Source: Eledone cirrhosa
Lineage: Eukaryota
Reading direction: 5' to 3'
DNA: 64,000 nucleotides
Assembly (NCBI GenBank): GCA_964016885.1
Contig: OZ024758.1
Coordinates: 38,440,001-38,504,000, forward strand
Both the position numbers and the translations under genes were made by a program. Each line of letters opens with the position of its first letter. Positions within the stretch are counted from its first letter, which is position 1. This document shows, one piece after another, positions 14,901 to 29,000 of this stretch. A model generated the notes under the pieces. The model did not search any database. It saw only the letters and a list, made by a program, of their open reading frames with translations, and was not told where the DNA came from.

Positions 14901-15658
14901 TCCACTGTTGGTGAGAATTCATTTAAATCATGGTATTAGTTGTCAGAAGTAACTCCAATGTTGGTGAGAATTCATTTAAGTTCATGGTACTAGCTGTCAG
15001 AAGTAACTCCACTGTTGGTGAGAATTCATTTAAGTTCATGGTATTAGCTGTCAGAAGGAACTCCACTGTTGGTAAGAATTCATTTAAGTTCATGGTATTA
15101 GCTGTCAGAAGTAACTCCACTGTTGGTGAGAATTCATTTAAGTTCATGGTACTAGCTGTCAGAAGTAACTCCACTGTTGGTGAGAATTCATTTAAGTTCA
15201 TGGTACTAGCTGTCAGAAGTAACTCCACTGTTGGTGAGAATTCATTTAAGTTCATGGTACTAGCTGTCAGAAGTAACCCCAATGTTGGTGAGAATTCATT
15301 TAAGTTCATGGTATTAGCTGTCAGAAGTCACTCCAATGTTGGTGAGAATTCATTTAAGTTCATGGTATTAGCTGTGAGAAGTCACTCCACTGTTGGTGAG
15401 AATTCATTTAAGTTCATGGTATTAGCTGTCAGAAGTACCTCCACTGTTGGTGAGAATTCATTTAAGTTCATGGTATTAGCTGTCAGAAGTAACTCCACTG
15501 TTGGTGAGAATTCATTTAAGTTCATGGTATTAGCTGTCAGAAGGAACTCCAATGTTGGTGAGAATTCATTTAAGTCATGGTACTAGCTGTCAGAAGTAAA
15601 TCCACTGTTGGTGAGAATTCATTTAAGTTCATGGTATTAGCTGTCAGAAGTAACTCCA
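11970..15658 (+). repeat. Tandem duplication, 1830-bp period (about 34 monomers), 2 copies
   Basis: ORF landmarks 12024/13854, 12669/14499 and 13100/14930 all differ by 1830. The rare variant tcatataag is shared at about 12555 and 14385. Confidence 0.9.
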
Positions 15659-18600
15659 CTGTTGGTGAGAATTCATTTAAGTTCATGGTACTAGCTGTCA
15701 GAAGTAACTCCAATGTTGGTGAGAATTCATTTAAGTTCATGGTATTAGCTGTCAGAAGGAACTCCACTGTTGGTGAGAATTCATTTAAGTTCATGGTACT
15801 AGCTGTCAGAAGTAACTCCAATGTTGGTGAGAATTCATTTAAGTTCATGGTATTAGCTGTCAGAAGTAACTCCACTGTTGGTGAGAATTCATTTAAGTTC
15901 ATGGTACTAGCTGTCAGAAGTAACTCCAATGTTGGTGAGAATTCATTTAAGTTCATGGTATTAGCTGTCAGAAGTAACTCCACTGTTGGTGAGAATTCAT
16001 TTAAGTCATGGTATTAGCTGTCAGAAGTAACTCCAATGTTGGTGAGAATTCATTTAAGTTCATGGTATTAGCTGTCAGAAGTAACTCCACTGTTGGTGAG
16101 AATTCATTTCAGTTCACGGTACTAGCTGTCAGAAGTAACTCCACTGTTGGTGAGAATTCATTTAAGTTCATGGTATTAGTTTGTCAGAAGTAACTCCACT
16201 GTTGGTGAGAATTCATTTAAGTCGTGGTATTAGTTGTCAGAAGTTTACTCCAATGTTGGTGAGAATTCATTTAAGTTCATGGTACTAGCTGTCAGAAGTA
16301 ACTCCACTGTTGGTGAGAATTCATTTAAGTTCATGGTATTAGCTGTCAGAAGTAACTCCACTGTTGGTGAGAATTGATTTAAGTTCATGGTACTAGCTGT
16401 CAGAAGTAACTCCACTGTTGGTGAGAATTCATTTAAGTTCATGGTATTAGCTGTCAGAAGTAACTCCACTGTTGGTGAGAATTGATTTAAGTTCATGGTA
16501 CTAGCTGTCAGAAGTAACTCCACTGTTGGTGAGAATTCAGTTAAGTTCATGGTACTAGCCGTCAGAAGTAACTCCACTGTTGGTGAGAATTCAGTTAAGT
16601 TCATGGTATTAGTTGTCAGAAGTAACTCCACTGTTGGTGAGAATTCATTTAAGTTCATGGTACTAGCTGTCAGAAGTAACTCCACTGTTGGTGAGAATTC
16701 ATTTAAGTTCATGGTATTAGCTGTCAGAAGTAACTCCACTGTTGGTGAGAATTCATTTAAGTCATGGTATTAGTTGTCAGAAGTAACTCCAATGTTGGTG
16801 AGAATTCATTTAAGTTCATGGTACTAGCTGTCAGAAGTAACTCCACTGTTGGTGAGAATTCATTTAAGTTCATGGTATTAGCTGTCAGAAGTAACTCCAC
16901 TGTTGGTGAGAATTCATTTAAGTTCATGGTATTAGCTGTCAGAAGGAACTCCAATGTTGGTGAGAATTCATTTAAGTCATGGTATTAGCTGTCAGAAGTA
17001 ACTCCATTGTTGGTGAGAATTCATTTAAGTCATGGTACTATCTGTCAGAAGTAACTCCACTGTTGGTGAGAATTCATTTAAGTTCATGGTATTAGCTGTC
17101 AGAAGGAACTCCACTGTTGGTAAGAATTCATTTAAGTTCATGGTATTAGCTGTCAGAAGTAACTCCACTGTTGGTGAGAATTCATTTAAGTTCATGGTAC
17201 TAGCTGTCAGAAGTAACTCCACTGTTGGTGAGAATTCATTTAAGTTCATGGTACTAGCTGTCAGAAGTAACTCCACTGTTGGTGAGAATTCATTTTAGTT
17301 CATGGTACTAGCTGTCAGAAGTAACCCCAATGTTGGTGAGAATTCATTTAAGTTCATGGTATTAGCTGTCAGAAGTCACTCCAATGTTGGTGAGAATTCA
17401 TTTAAGTTCATGGTATTAGCTGTGAGAAGTCACTCCACTGTTGGTGAGAATTCATTTAAGTTCATGGTATTAGCTGTCAGAAGTACCTCCACTGTTGGTG
17501 AGAATTCATTTAAGTTCATGGTATTAGCTGTCAGAAGTAACTCCACTGTTGGTGAGAATTCATTTAAGTTCATGGTATTAGCTGTCAGAAGGAACTCCAA
17601 TGTTGGTGAGAATTCATTTAAGTCATGGTACTAGCTGTCAGAAGTAACTCCACTGTTGGTGAGAATTCATTTAAGTTCATGGTATTAGCTGTCAGAAGTA
17701 ACTCCACTGTTGGTGAGAATTCATTTAAGTTCATGGTACTAGCTGTCAGAAGTAACTCCAATGTTGGTGAGAATTCATTTAAGTTCATGGTATTAGCTGT
17801 CAGAAGGAACTCCACTGTTGGTGAGAATTCATTTAAGTTCATGGTATTAGCTGTCAGAAGTAACTCCACTGTTGGTGAGAATTCATTTAAGTTCATGGTA
17901 TTAGTTTGTCAGAAGTAACTCCACTGTTGGTGAGAATTCATTTAAGTTCATGGTATTAGCTGTCAGAAGTAACTCCACTGTTGGTGAGAATTCATTTAAG
18001 TTCATGGTACTAGCTGTCAGAAGTAACTCCAATGTTGGTGAGAATTCATTTAAGTTCATGGTATTAGCTGTCAGAAGTAACTCCACTGTTGGTGAGAATT
18101 CATTTAAGTCATGGTATTAGCTGTCAGAAGTAACTCCAATGTTGGTGAGAATTCATTTAAGTTCATGGTATTAGCTGTCAGAAGTAACTCCACTGTTGGT
18201 GAGAATTCATTTAAGTTCACGGTACTAGCTGTCAGAGGTAACTCCACTGTTGGTGAGAATTCATTTAAGTTCATGGTATTAGTTTGTCAGAAGTAACTCC
18301 ACTGTTGGTGAGAATTCATTTAAGTCGTGGTATTAGTTGTCAGAAGTTTACTCCAATGTTGGTGAGAATTCATTTAAGTTCATGGTACTAGCTGTCAGAA
18401 GTAACTCCACTGTTGGTGAGAATTCATTTAAGTTCATGGTATTAGCTGTCAGAAGTAACTCCACTGTTGGTGAGAATTCATTTAAGTCATGGTATTAGCT
18501 GTCAGAAGTAACTCCACTGTTGGTGAGAATTCATTTAAGTTCATGGTATTTGCTGTCAGAAGTAACTCCACTGTTGGTGAGAATTGATTTAAGTTCATGG

Positions 18601-18716
18601 TACTAGCTGTCAGAAGTAACTCCACTGTTGGTGAGAATTCATTTAAGTTCATGGTACTAGCTGTCAGAAGTAACTCCACTGTTGGTGAGAATTCAGTTAA
18701 GTTCATGGTATTAGTT

Positions 18717-21700
18717 GTCAGAAGTAACTCCACTGTTGGTGAGAATTCATTTAAATCATGGTATTAGTTGTCAGAAGTAACTCCAATGTTGGTGAGAATT
18801 CATTTAATTTCATGGTACTAGCTGTCAGAAGTAACTCCACTGTTGGTGAGAAATCATTTAAGTCATGGTATTAGTTGTCAGAAGTAACTCCAATGTTGGT
18901 GAGAATTCATTTAAGTTCATGGTATTAGCTGTCAGAAGTAACTCCACTGTTGGTGAGAATTCATTTAAGTCATGGTATTAGCTGTCAGAAGTAACTCCAA
19001 TGTAGGTGAGAATTCATTTAAGTCTTGGTACTAGCTGTCAGAAGTAACTCCAATGTTGGTGAGAATTCAGTTAAGTTCATGGTATTAGCTGTCAGAAGGA
19101 ACTCCACTGTTGGTGAGAATTCATTTAAGTTCATGGTATTAGCTGTCAGAAGTAACTCCACTGTTGGTGAGAATTCATTTAAGTTCATGGTACTAGCTGT
19201 CAGAAGTAACTCCACTGTTGGTGAGAATTCATTTAAGTTCATGGTATTAGCTGTCAGAAGGAACTCCACTGTTGGTGAGAATTCATTTAAGTTCATGGTA
19301 TTAGCTGTCAGAAGTAACTCCACTGTTGGTGAGAATTCATTTAAGTTCATGGTATTAGCTGTCAGAAGTAACTCCACTGTTGGTGAGAATTCAGTTAAGT
19401 TCATGGTATTAGTTGTCAGAAGTAACTCCACTGTTGGTGAGAATTCATTTAAATCATGGTATTAGTTGTCAGAAGTAACTCCAATGTTGGTGAGAATTCA
19501 TTTAAGTTCATGGTACTAGCTGTCAGAAGTAACTCCACTGTTGGTGAGAATTCATTTAAGTTCATGGTATTAGCTGTCAGAAGGAACTCCACTGTTGGTA
19601 AGAATTCATTTAAGTTCATGGTATTAGCTGTCAGAAGTAACTCCACTGTTGGTGAGGATTCATTTAAGTTCATGGTACTAGCTGTCAGAAGTAACTCCAC
19701 TGTTGGTGAGAATTCATTTAAGTTCATGGTACTAGCTGTCAGAAGTAACCCCAATGTTGGTGAGAATTCATTTAAGTTCATGGTATTAGCTGTCAGAAGT
19801 CACTCCAATGTTGGTGAGAATTCATTTAAGTTCATGGTATTAGCTGTGAGAAGTCACTCCACTGTTGGTGAGAATTCATTTAAGTTCATGGTATTAGCTG
19901 TCAGAAGTACCTCCACTGTTGGTGAGAATTCATTTAAGTTCATGGTATTAGCTGTCAGAAGTAACTCCACTGTTGGTGAGAATTCATTTAAGTTCATGGT
20001 ATTAGCTGTCAGAAGTAACTCCACTGTTGGTGAGAATTCATTTAAGTTCATGGTACTAGCTGTCAGAAGTAACTCCACTGTTGGTGAGAATTCATTTAAG
20101 TTCATGGTACTAGCTGTCAGAAGTAACTCCACTGTTGGTGAGAATTCATTTAAGTTCATGGTACTGGCTGTCAGAAGTAACCCCAATGTTGGTGAGAATT
20201 CATTTAAGTTCATGGTATTAGCTGTCAGAAGTCACTCCAATGTTGGTGAGAATTCATTTAAGTTCATGGTATTAGCTGTGAGAAGTCACTCCACTGTTGG
20301 TGAGAATTCATTTAAGTTCATGGTATTAGCTGTCAGAAGTACCTCCACTGTTGGTGAGAATTCATTTAAGTTCATGGTATTAGCTGTCAGAAGTAACTCC
20401 ACTGTTGGTGAGAATTCATTTAAGTTCATGGTATTAGCTGTCAGAAGGAACTCCAATGTTGGTGAGAATTCATTTAAGTCATGGTACTAGCTGTCAGAAG
20501 TAAATCCACTGTTGGTGAGAATTCATTTAAGTTCATGGTATTAGCTGTCAGAAGTAACTCCACTGTTGGTGAGAATTCATTTAAGTTCATGGTACTAGCT
20601 GTCAGAAGTAACTCCAATGTTGGTGAGAATTCATTTAAGTTCATGGTATTAGCTGTCAGAAGGAACTCCACTGTTGGTGAGAATTCATTTAAGTTCATGG
20701 TATTAGCTGTCAGAAGTAACTCCACTGTTGGTGAGAATTCATTTAAGTTCATGGTACTAGTTGTCAGAAGTAACTCCACTGTTGGTGAGAATTCATTTAA
20801 GTTCATGTTACTAGCTGTCAGAAGTAACTCCACTGTTGGTGAGAATTCATTTAAGTTCATGGTATTAGTTTGTCAGAAGTAACTCCACTGTTGGTGAGAA
20901 TTCATTTAAATCATGGTATTAGTTGTCAGAAGTAACTCCAATGTTGGTGAGAATTCATTTAATTTCATGGTACTAGCTGTCAGAAGTAACTCCACTGTTG
21001 GTGAGAAATCATTTAAGTCATGGTATTAGTTGTCAGAAGTAACTCCAATGTTGGTGAGAATTCATTTAAGTTCATGGTATTAGCTGTCAGAAGTAACTCC
21101 ACTGTTGGTGAGAATTCATTTAAGTCATGGTATTAGCTGTCAGAAGTAACTCCAATGTAGGTGAGAATTCATTTAAGTCTTGGTACTAGCTGTCAGAAGT
21201 AACTCCAATGTTGGTGAGAATTCAGTTAAGTTCATGGTATTAGCTGTCAGAAGGAACTCCACTGTTGGTGAGAATTCATTTAAGTTCATGGTATTAGCTG
21301 TCAGAAGTAACTCCACTGTTGGTGAGAATTCATTTAAGTTCATGGTACTAGCTGTCAGAAGTAACTCCACTGTTGGTGAGAATTCATTTAAGTTCATGGT
21401 ATTAGCTGTCAGAAGGAACTCCACTGTTGGTGAGAATTCATTTAAGTTCATGGTATTAGCTGTCAGAAGTAACTCCACTGTTGGTGAGAATTCATTTAAG
21501 TTCATGGTATTAGCTGTCAGAAGTAACTCCACTGTTGGTGAGAATTCAGTTAAGTTCATGGTATTAGTTGTCAGAAGTAACTCCACTGTTGGTGAGAATT
21601 CATTTAAATCATGGTATTAGTTGTCAGAAGTAACTCCAATGTTGGTGAGAATTCATTTAAGTTCATGGTACTAGCTGTCAGAAGTAACTCCACTGTTGGT

Positions 21701-23063
21701 GAGAATTCATTTAAGTTCATGGTATTAGCTGTCAGAAGGAACTCCACTGTTGGTAAGAATTCATTTAAGTTCATGGTATTAGCTGTCAGAAGTAACTCCA
21801 CTGTTGGTGAGGATTCATTTAAGTTCATGGTACTAGCTGTCAGAAGTAACTCCACTGTTGGTGAGAATTCATTTAAGTTCATGGTACTAGCTGTCAGAAG
21901 TAACCCCAATGTTGGTGAGAATTCATTTAAGTTCATGGTATTAGCTGTCAGAAGTCACTCCAATGTTGGTGAGAATTCATTTAAGTTCATGGTATTAGCT
22001 GTGAGAAGTCACTCCACTGTTGGTGAGAATTCATTTAAGTTCATGGTATTAGCTGTCAGAAGTACCTCCACTGTTGGTGAGAATTCATTTAAGTTCATGG
22101 TATTAGCTGTCAGAAGTAACTCCACTGTTGGTGAGAATTCATTTAAGTTCATGGTATTAGCTGTCAGAAGTAACTCCACTGTTGGTGAGAATTCATTTAA
22201 GTTCATGGTACTAGCTGTCAGAAGTAACTCCACTGTTGGTGAGAATTCATTTAAGTTCATGGTACTAGCTGTCAGAAGTAACTCCACTGTTGGTGAGAAT
22301 TCATTTAAGTTCATGGTACTGGCTGTCAGAAGTAACCCCAATGTTGGTGAGAATTCATTTAAGTTCATGGTATTAGCTGTCAGAAGTCACTCCAATGTTG
22401 GTGAGAATTCATTTAAGTTCATGGTATTAGCTGTGAGAAGTCACTCCACTGTTGGTGAGAATTCATTTAAGTTCATGGTATTAGCTGTCAGAAGTACCTC
22501 CACTGTTGGTGAGAATTCATTTAAGTTCATGGTATTAGCTGTCAGAAGTAACTCCACTGTTGGTGAGAATTCATTTAAGTTCATGGTATTAGCTGTCAGA
22601 AGGAACTCCAATGTTGGTGAGAATTCATTTAAGTCATGGTACTAGCTGTCAGAAGTAAATCCACTGTTGGTGAGAATTCATTTAAGTTCATGGTATTAGC
22701 TGTCAGAAGTAACTCCACTGTTGGTGAGAATTCATTTAAGTTCATGGTACTAGCTGTCAGAAGTAACTCCAATGTTGGTGAGAATTCATTTAAGTTCATG
22801 GTATTAGCTGTCAGAAGGAACTCCACTGTTGGTGAGAATTCATTTAAGTTCATGGTATTAGCTGTCAGAAGTAACTCCACTGTTGGTGAGAATTCATTTA
22901 AGTTCATGGTACTAGTTGTCAGAAGTAACTCCACTGTTGGTGAGAATTCATTTAAGTTCATGTTACTAGCTGTCAGAAGTAACTCCACTGTTGGTGAGAA
23001 TTCATTTAAGTTCATGGTATTAGTTTGTCAGAAGTAACTCCACTGTTGGTGAGAATTCATTTA
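18717..23063 (+). repeat. Tandem duplication, 2155-bp period (about 40 monomers), 2 copies
   Basis: ORF landmarks 19025/21180, 19456/21611 and 20481/22636 differ by 2155. The EcoRI-destroying variant gaggattc occurs at about 19656 and 21811. Confidence 0.9.
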
Positions 23064-26000
23064 AGTTCATGGTACTAGCTGTCAGAAGTAACTCCAATGT
23101 TGGTGAGAATTCATTTAAGTTCATGGTATTAGCTGTCAGAAGTAACTCCACTGTTGGTGAGAATTCATTTAAGTTCATGGTACTAGCTGTCAGAAGTAAC
23201 TCCAATGTTGGTGAGAATTCATTTAAGTTCATGGTATTAGCTGTCAGAAGTAACTCCACTGTTGGTGAGAATTCATTTAAGTCATGGTATTAGCTGTCAG
23301 AAGTAACTCCAATGTTGGTGAGAATTCATTTAAGTTCATGGTATTAGCTGTCAGAAGTAACTCCACTGTTGGTGAGAATTCATTTAAGTTCACGGTACTA
23401 GCTGTCAGAAGTAACTCCACTGTTGGTGAGAATTCATTTAAGTTCATGGTATTAGTTTGTCAGAAGTAACTCCACTGTTGGTGAGAATTCATTTAAGTCG
23501 TGGTATTAGTTGTCAGAAGTTTACTCCAATGTTGGTGAGAATTCATTTAAGTTCATGGTACTAGCTGTCAGAAGTAACTCCACTGTTGGTGAGAATTCAT
23601 TTAAGTTCATGGTATTAGCTGTCAGAAGTAACTCCACTGTTGGTGAGAATTGATTTAAGTTCATGGTACTAGCTGTCAGAAGTAACTCCACTGTTGGTGA
23701 GAATTCATTTAAGTTCATGGTATTAGCTGTCAGAAGTAACTCCACTGTTGGTGAGAATTGATTTAAGTTCATGGTACTAGCTGTCAGAAGTAACTCCACT
23801 GTTGGTGAGAATTCAGTTAAGTTCATGGTACTAGCCGTCAGAAGTAACTCCACTGTTGGTGAGAATTCAGTTAAGTTCATGGTATTAGTTGTCAGAAGTA
23901 ACTCCACTGTTGGTGAGAATTCATTTAAGTTCATGGTACTAGCTGTCAGAAGTAACTCCACTGTTGGTGAGAATTCATTTAAGTTCATGGTATTAGCTGT
24001 CAGAAGTAACTCCACTGTTGGTGAGAATTCATTTAAGTCATGGTATTAGTTGTCAGAAGTAACTCCAATGTTGGTGAGAATTCATTTAAGTTCATGGTAC
24101 TAGCTGTCAGAAGTAACTCCACTGTTGGTGAGAATTCATTTAAGTTCATGGTATTAGCTGTCAGAAGTAACTCCACTGTTGGTGAGAATTCATTTAAGTC
24201 ATGGTATTAGCTGTCAGAAGTAACTCCAATGTTGGTGAGAATTCATTTAAGTCTTGGTACTAGCTGTCAGAAGTAACTCCAATGTTGGTGAGAATTCAGT
24301 TAAGTTCATGGTATTAGCTGTCAGAAGGAACTCCACTGTTGGTGAGAATTCATTTAAGTTCATGGTATTAGCTGTCAGAAGTAACTCCACTGTTGGTGAG
24401 AATTCATTTAAGTTCATGGTACTAGCTGTCAGAAGTAACTCCACTGTTGGTGAGAATTCATTTAAGTTCATGGTACTAGCCGTCAGAAGTAACTCCACTG
24501 TTGGTGAGAATTCAGTTAAGTTCATGGTATTAGTTGTCAGAAGTAACTCCACTGTTGGTGAGAATTCATTTAAATCATGGTATTAGTTGTCAGAAGTAAC
24601 TCCAATGTTGGTGAGAATTCATTTAAGTTCATGGTACTAGCTGTCAGAAGTAACTCCACTGTTGGTGAGAATTCATTTAAGTCATGGTATTAGCTGTCAG
24701 AAGTAACTCCATTGTTGGTGAGAATTCATTTAAGTCATGGTACTAGCTGTCAGAAGTAACTCCACTGTTGGTGAGAATTCATTTAAGTTCATGGTATTAG
24801 CTGTCAGAAGGAACTCCACTGTTGGTAAGAATTCATTTAAGTTCATGGTATTAGCTGTCAGAAGTAACTCCACTGTTGGTGAGAATTCATTTAAGTTCAT
24901 GGTACTAGCTGTCAGAAGTAACTCCACTGTTGGTGAGAATTCATTTAAGTTCATGGTACTAGCTGTCAGAAGTAACCCCAATGTTGGTGAGAATTCATTT
25001 AAGTTCATGGTATTAGCTGTCAGAAGTCACTCCAATGTTGGTGAGAATTCATTTAAGTTCATGGTATTAGCTGTGAGAAGTCACTCCACTGTTGGTGAGA
25101 ATTCATTTAAGTTCATGGTATTAGCTGTCAGAAGTACCTCCACTGTTGGTGAGAATTCATTTAAGTTCATGGTATTAGCTGTCAGAAGTAACTCCACTGT
25201 TGGTGAGAATTCATTTAAGTTCATGGTATTAGCTGTCAGAAGTAACTCCACTGTTGGTGAGAATTCATTTAAGTTCATGGTACTAGCTGTCAGAAGTAAC
25301 TCCACTGTTGGTGAGAATTCATTTAAGTTCATGGTACTAGCTGTCAGAAGTAACTCCACTGTTGGTGAGAATTCATTTAAGTTCATGGTACTAGCTGTCA
25401 GAAGTAACCCCAATGTTGGTGAGAATTCATTTAAGTTCATGGTATTAGCTGTCAGAAGTCACTCCAATGTTGGTGAGAATTCATTTAAGTTCATGGTATT
25501 AGCTGTGAGAAGTCACTCCACTGTTGGTGAGAATTCATTTAAGTTCATGGTATTAGCTGTCAGAAGTACCTCCACTGTTGGTGAGAATTCATTTAAGTTC
25601 ATGGTATTAGCTGTCAGAAGTAACTCCACTGTTGGTGAGAATTCATTTAAGTTCATGGTACTAGCTGTCAGAAGTAACTCCAATGTTGGTGAGAATTCAT
25701 TTAAGTTCATGGTATTAGCTGTCAGAAGGAACTCCACTGTTGGTGAGAATTCATTTAAGTTCATGGTATTAGCTGTCAGAGGTAACTCCACTGTTGGTGA
25801 GAATTCATTTAAGTTCATGGTACTAGTTGTCAGAAGTAACTCCACTGTTGGTGAGAATTCATTTAAGTTCATGTTACTAGCTGTCAGAAGTAACTCCACT
25901 GTTGGTGAGAATTCATTTAAGTTCATGGTATTAGTTTGTCAGAAGTAACTCCACTGTTGGTGAGAATTCATTTAAGTTCATGGTACTAGCTGTCAGAAGT

Positions 26001-29000
26001 AACTCCAATGTTGGTGAGAATTCATTTAAGTTCATGGTATTAGCTGTCAGAAGTAACTCCACTGTTGGTGAGAATTCATTTAAGTTCATGGTACTAGCTG
26101 TCAGAAGTAACTCCAATGTTGGTGAGAATTCATTTAAGTTCATGGTATTAGCTGTCAGAAGTAACTCCACTGTTGGTGAGAATTCATTTAAGTCATGGTA
26201 TTAGCTGTCAGAAGTAACTCCAATGTTGGTGAGAATTCATTTAAGTTCATGGTATTAGCTGTCAGAAGTAACTCCACTGTTGGTGAGAATTCATTTAAGT
26301 TCACGGTACTAGCTGTCAGAAGTAACTCCACTGTTGGTGAGAATTCATTTAAGTTCATGGTATTAGTTTGTCAGAAGTTTACTCCAATGTTGGTGAGAAT
26401 TCATTTAAGTTCATGGTACTAGCTGTCAGAGGTAACTCCACTGTTGGTGAGAATTCATTTAAGTTCATGGTATTAGCTGTCAGAAGTAACTCCACTGTTG
26501 GTGAGAATTGATTTAAGTTCATGGTACTAGCTGTCAGAAGTAACTCCACTGTTGGTGAGAATTCATTTAAGTTCATGGTATTAGCTGTCAGAAGTAACTC
26601 CACTGTTGGTGAGAATTGATTTAAGTTCATGGTACTAGCTGTCAGAAGTAACTCCACTGTTGGTGAGAATTCATTTAAGTTCATGGTACTAGCTGTCAGA
26701 AGTAACTCCACTGTTGGTGAGAATTCAGTTAAGTTCATGGTATTAGTTGTCAGAAGTAACTCCACTGTTGGTGAGAATTCATTTAAGTTCATGGTATTAG
26801 TTTGTCAGAAGTAACTCCACTGTTGGTGAGAATTCATTTAAGTCGTGGTATTAGTTGTCAGAAGTTTACTCCAATGTTGGTGAGAATTCATTTAAGTTCA
26901 TGGTACTAGCTGTCAGAAGTAACTCCACTGTTGGTGAGAATTCATTTAAGTTCATGGTATTAGCTGTCAGAAGTAACTCCACTGTTGGTGAGAATTCATT
27001 TAAGTCATGGTATTAGCTGTCAGAAGTAACTCCAATGTTGGTGAGAATTCATTTAAGTCTTGGTACTAGCTGTCAGAAGTAACTCCAATGTTGGTGAGAA
27101 TTCAGTTAAGTTCATGGTATTAGCTGTCAGAAGGAACTCCACTGTTGGTGAGAATTCATTTAAGTTCATGGTATTAGCTGTCAGAAGTAACTCCACTGTT
27201 GGTGAGAATTGATTTAAGTTCATGGTACTAGCTGTCAGAAGTAACTCCACTGTTGGTGAGAATTCATTTAAGTTCATGGTATTAGCTGTCAGAAGTAACT
27301 CCACTGTTGGTGAGAATTGATTTAAGTTCATGGTACTAGCTGTCAGAAGTAACTCCACTGTTGGTGAGAATTCATTTAAGTTCATGGTACTAGCTGTCAG
27401 AAGTAACTCCACTGTTGGTGAGAATTCATTTAAGTTCACGGTACTAGCTGTCAGAAGTAACTCCACTGTTGGTGAGAATTCATTTAAGTTCATGGTATTA
27501 GTTTGTCAGAAGTAACTCCACTGTTGGTGAGAATTCATTTAAGTCGTGGTATTAGTTGTCAGAAGTTTACTCCAATGTTGGTGAGAATTCATTTAAGTTC
27601 ATGGTACTAGCTGTCAGAAGTAACTCCACTGTTGGTGAGAATTCATTTAAGTTCATGGTATTAGCTGTCAGAAGTAACTCCACTGTTGGTGAGAATTCAT
27701 TTAAGTCATGGTATTAGCTGTCAGAAGTAACTCCAATGTTGGTGAGAATTCATTTAAGTCTTGGTACTAGCTGTCAGAAGTAACTCCAATGTTGGTGAGA
27801 ATTCAGTTAAGTTCATGGTATTAGCTGTCAGAAGGAACTCCACTGTTGGTGAGAATTCATTTAAGTTCATGGTATTAGCTGTCAGAAGTAACTCCAATGT
27901 TGGTGAGAATTCAGTTAAGTTCATGGTATTAGCTGTCAGAAGGAACTCCACTGTTGGTGAGAATTCATTTAAGTTCATGGTATTAGCTGTCAGAAGTAAC
28001 TCCACTGTTGGTGAGAATTCATTTAAGTTCATGGTACTAGCTGTCAGAAGTAACTCCACTGTTGGTGAGAATTCATTTAAGTTCATGGTATTAGCTGTCA
28101 GAAGGAACTCCACTGTTGGTGAGAATTCATTTAAGTTCATGGTATTAGCTGTCAGAAGTAACTCCACTGTTGGTGAGAATTCATTTAAGTTCATGGTATT
28201 AGCTGTCAGAAGTAACTCCACTGTTGGTGAGAATTCAGTTAAGTTCATGGTATTAGTTGTCAGAAGTAACTCCACTGTTGGTGAGAATTCATTTAAATCA
28301 TGGTATTAGTTGTCAGAAGTAACTCCAATGTTGGTGAGAATTCATTTAAGTTCATGGTACTAGCTGTCAGAAGTAACTCCACTGTTGGTGAGAATTCATT
28401 TAAGTTCATGGTATTAGCTGTCAGAAGGAACTCCACTGTTGGTAAGAATTCATTTAAGTTCATGGTATTAGCTGTCAGAAGTAACTCCACTGTTGGTGAG
28501 AATTCATTTAAGTTCATGGTACTAGCTGTCAGAAGTAACTCCACTGTTGGTGAGAATTCATTTAAGTTCATGGTACTAGCTGTCAGAAGTAACCCCAATG
28601 TTGGTGAGAATTCATTTAAGTTCATGGTATTAGCTGTCAGAAGTCACTCCAATGTTGGTGAGAATTCATTTAAGTTCATGGTATTAGCTGTGAGAAGTCA
28701 CTCCACTGTTGGTGAGAATTCATTTAAGTTCATGGTATTAGCTGTCAGAAGTACCTCCACTGTTGGTGAGAATTCATTTAAGTTCATGGTATTAGCTGTC
28801 AGAAGTAACTCCACTGTTGGTGAGAATTCATTTAAGTTCATGGTATTAGCTGTCAGAAGTAACTCCACTGTTGGTGAGAATTCATTTAAGTTCATGGTAC
28901 TAGCTGTCAGAAGTAACTCCACTGTTGGTGAGAATTCATTTAAGTTCATGGTACTAGCTGTCAGAAGTAACTCCACTGTTGGTGAGAATTCATTTAAGTT

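Noticed and set aside
26195-26422. ORFs with atypical tails (CQKFTPMLVRIHLSSWY; also 30199 MSEVYS, 33691 CQKYLHCW, 56208, 62898) as inserted foreign sequence
   Set aside because: They are alternative reading frames of the same monomer, opened by indels or by point changes that remove a stop.
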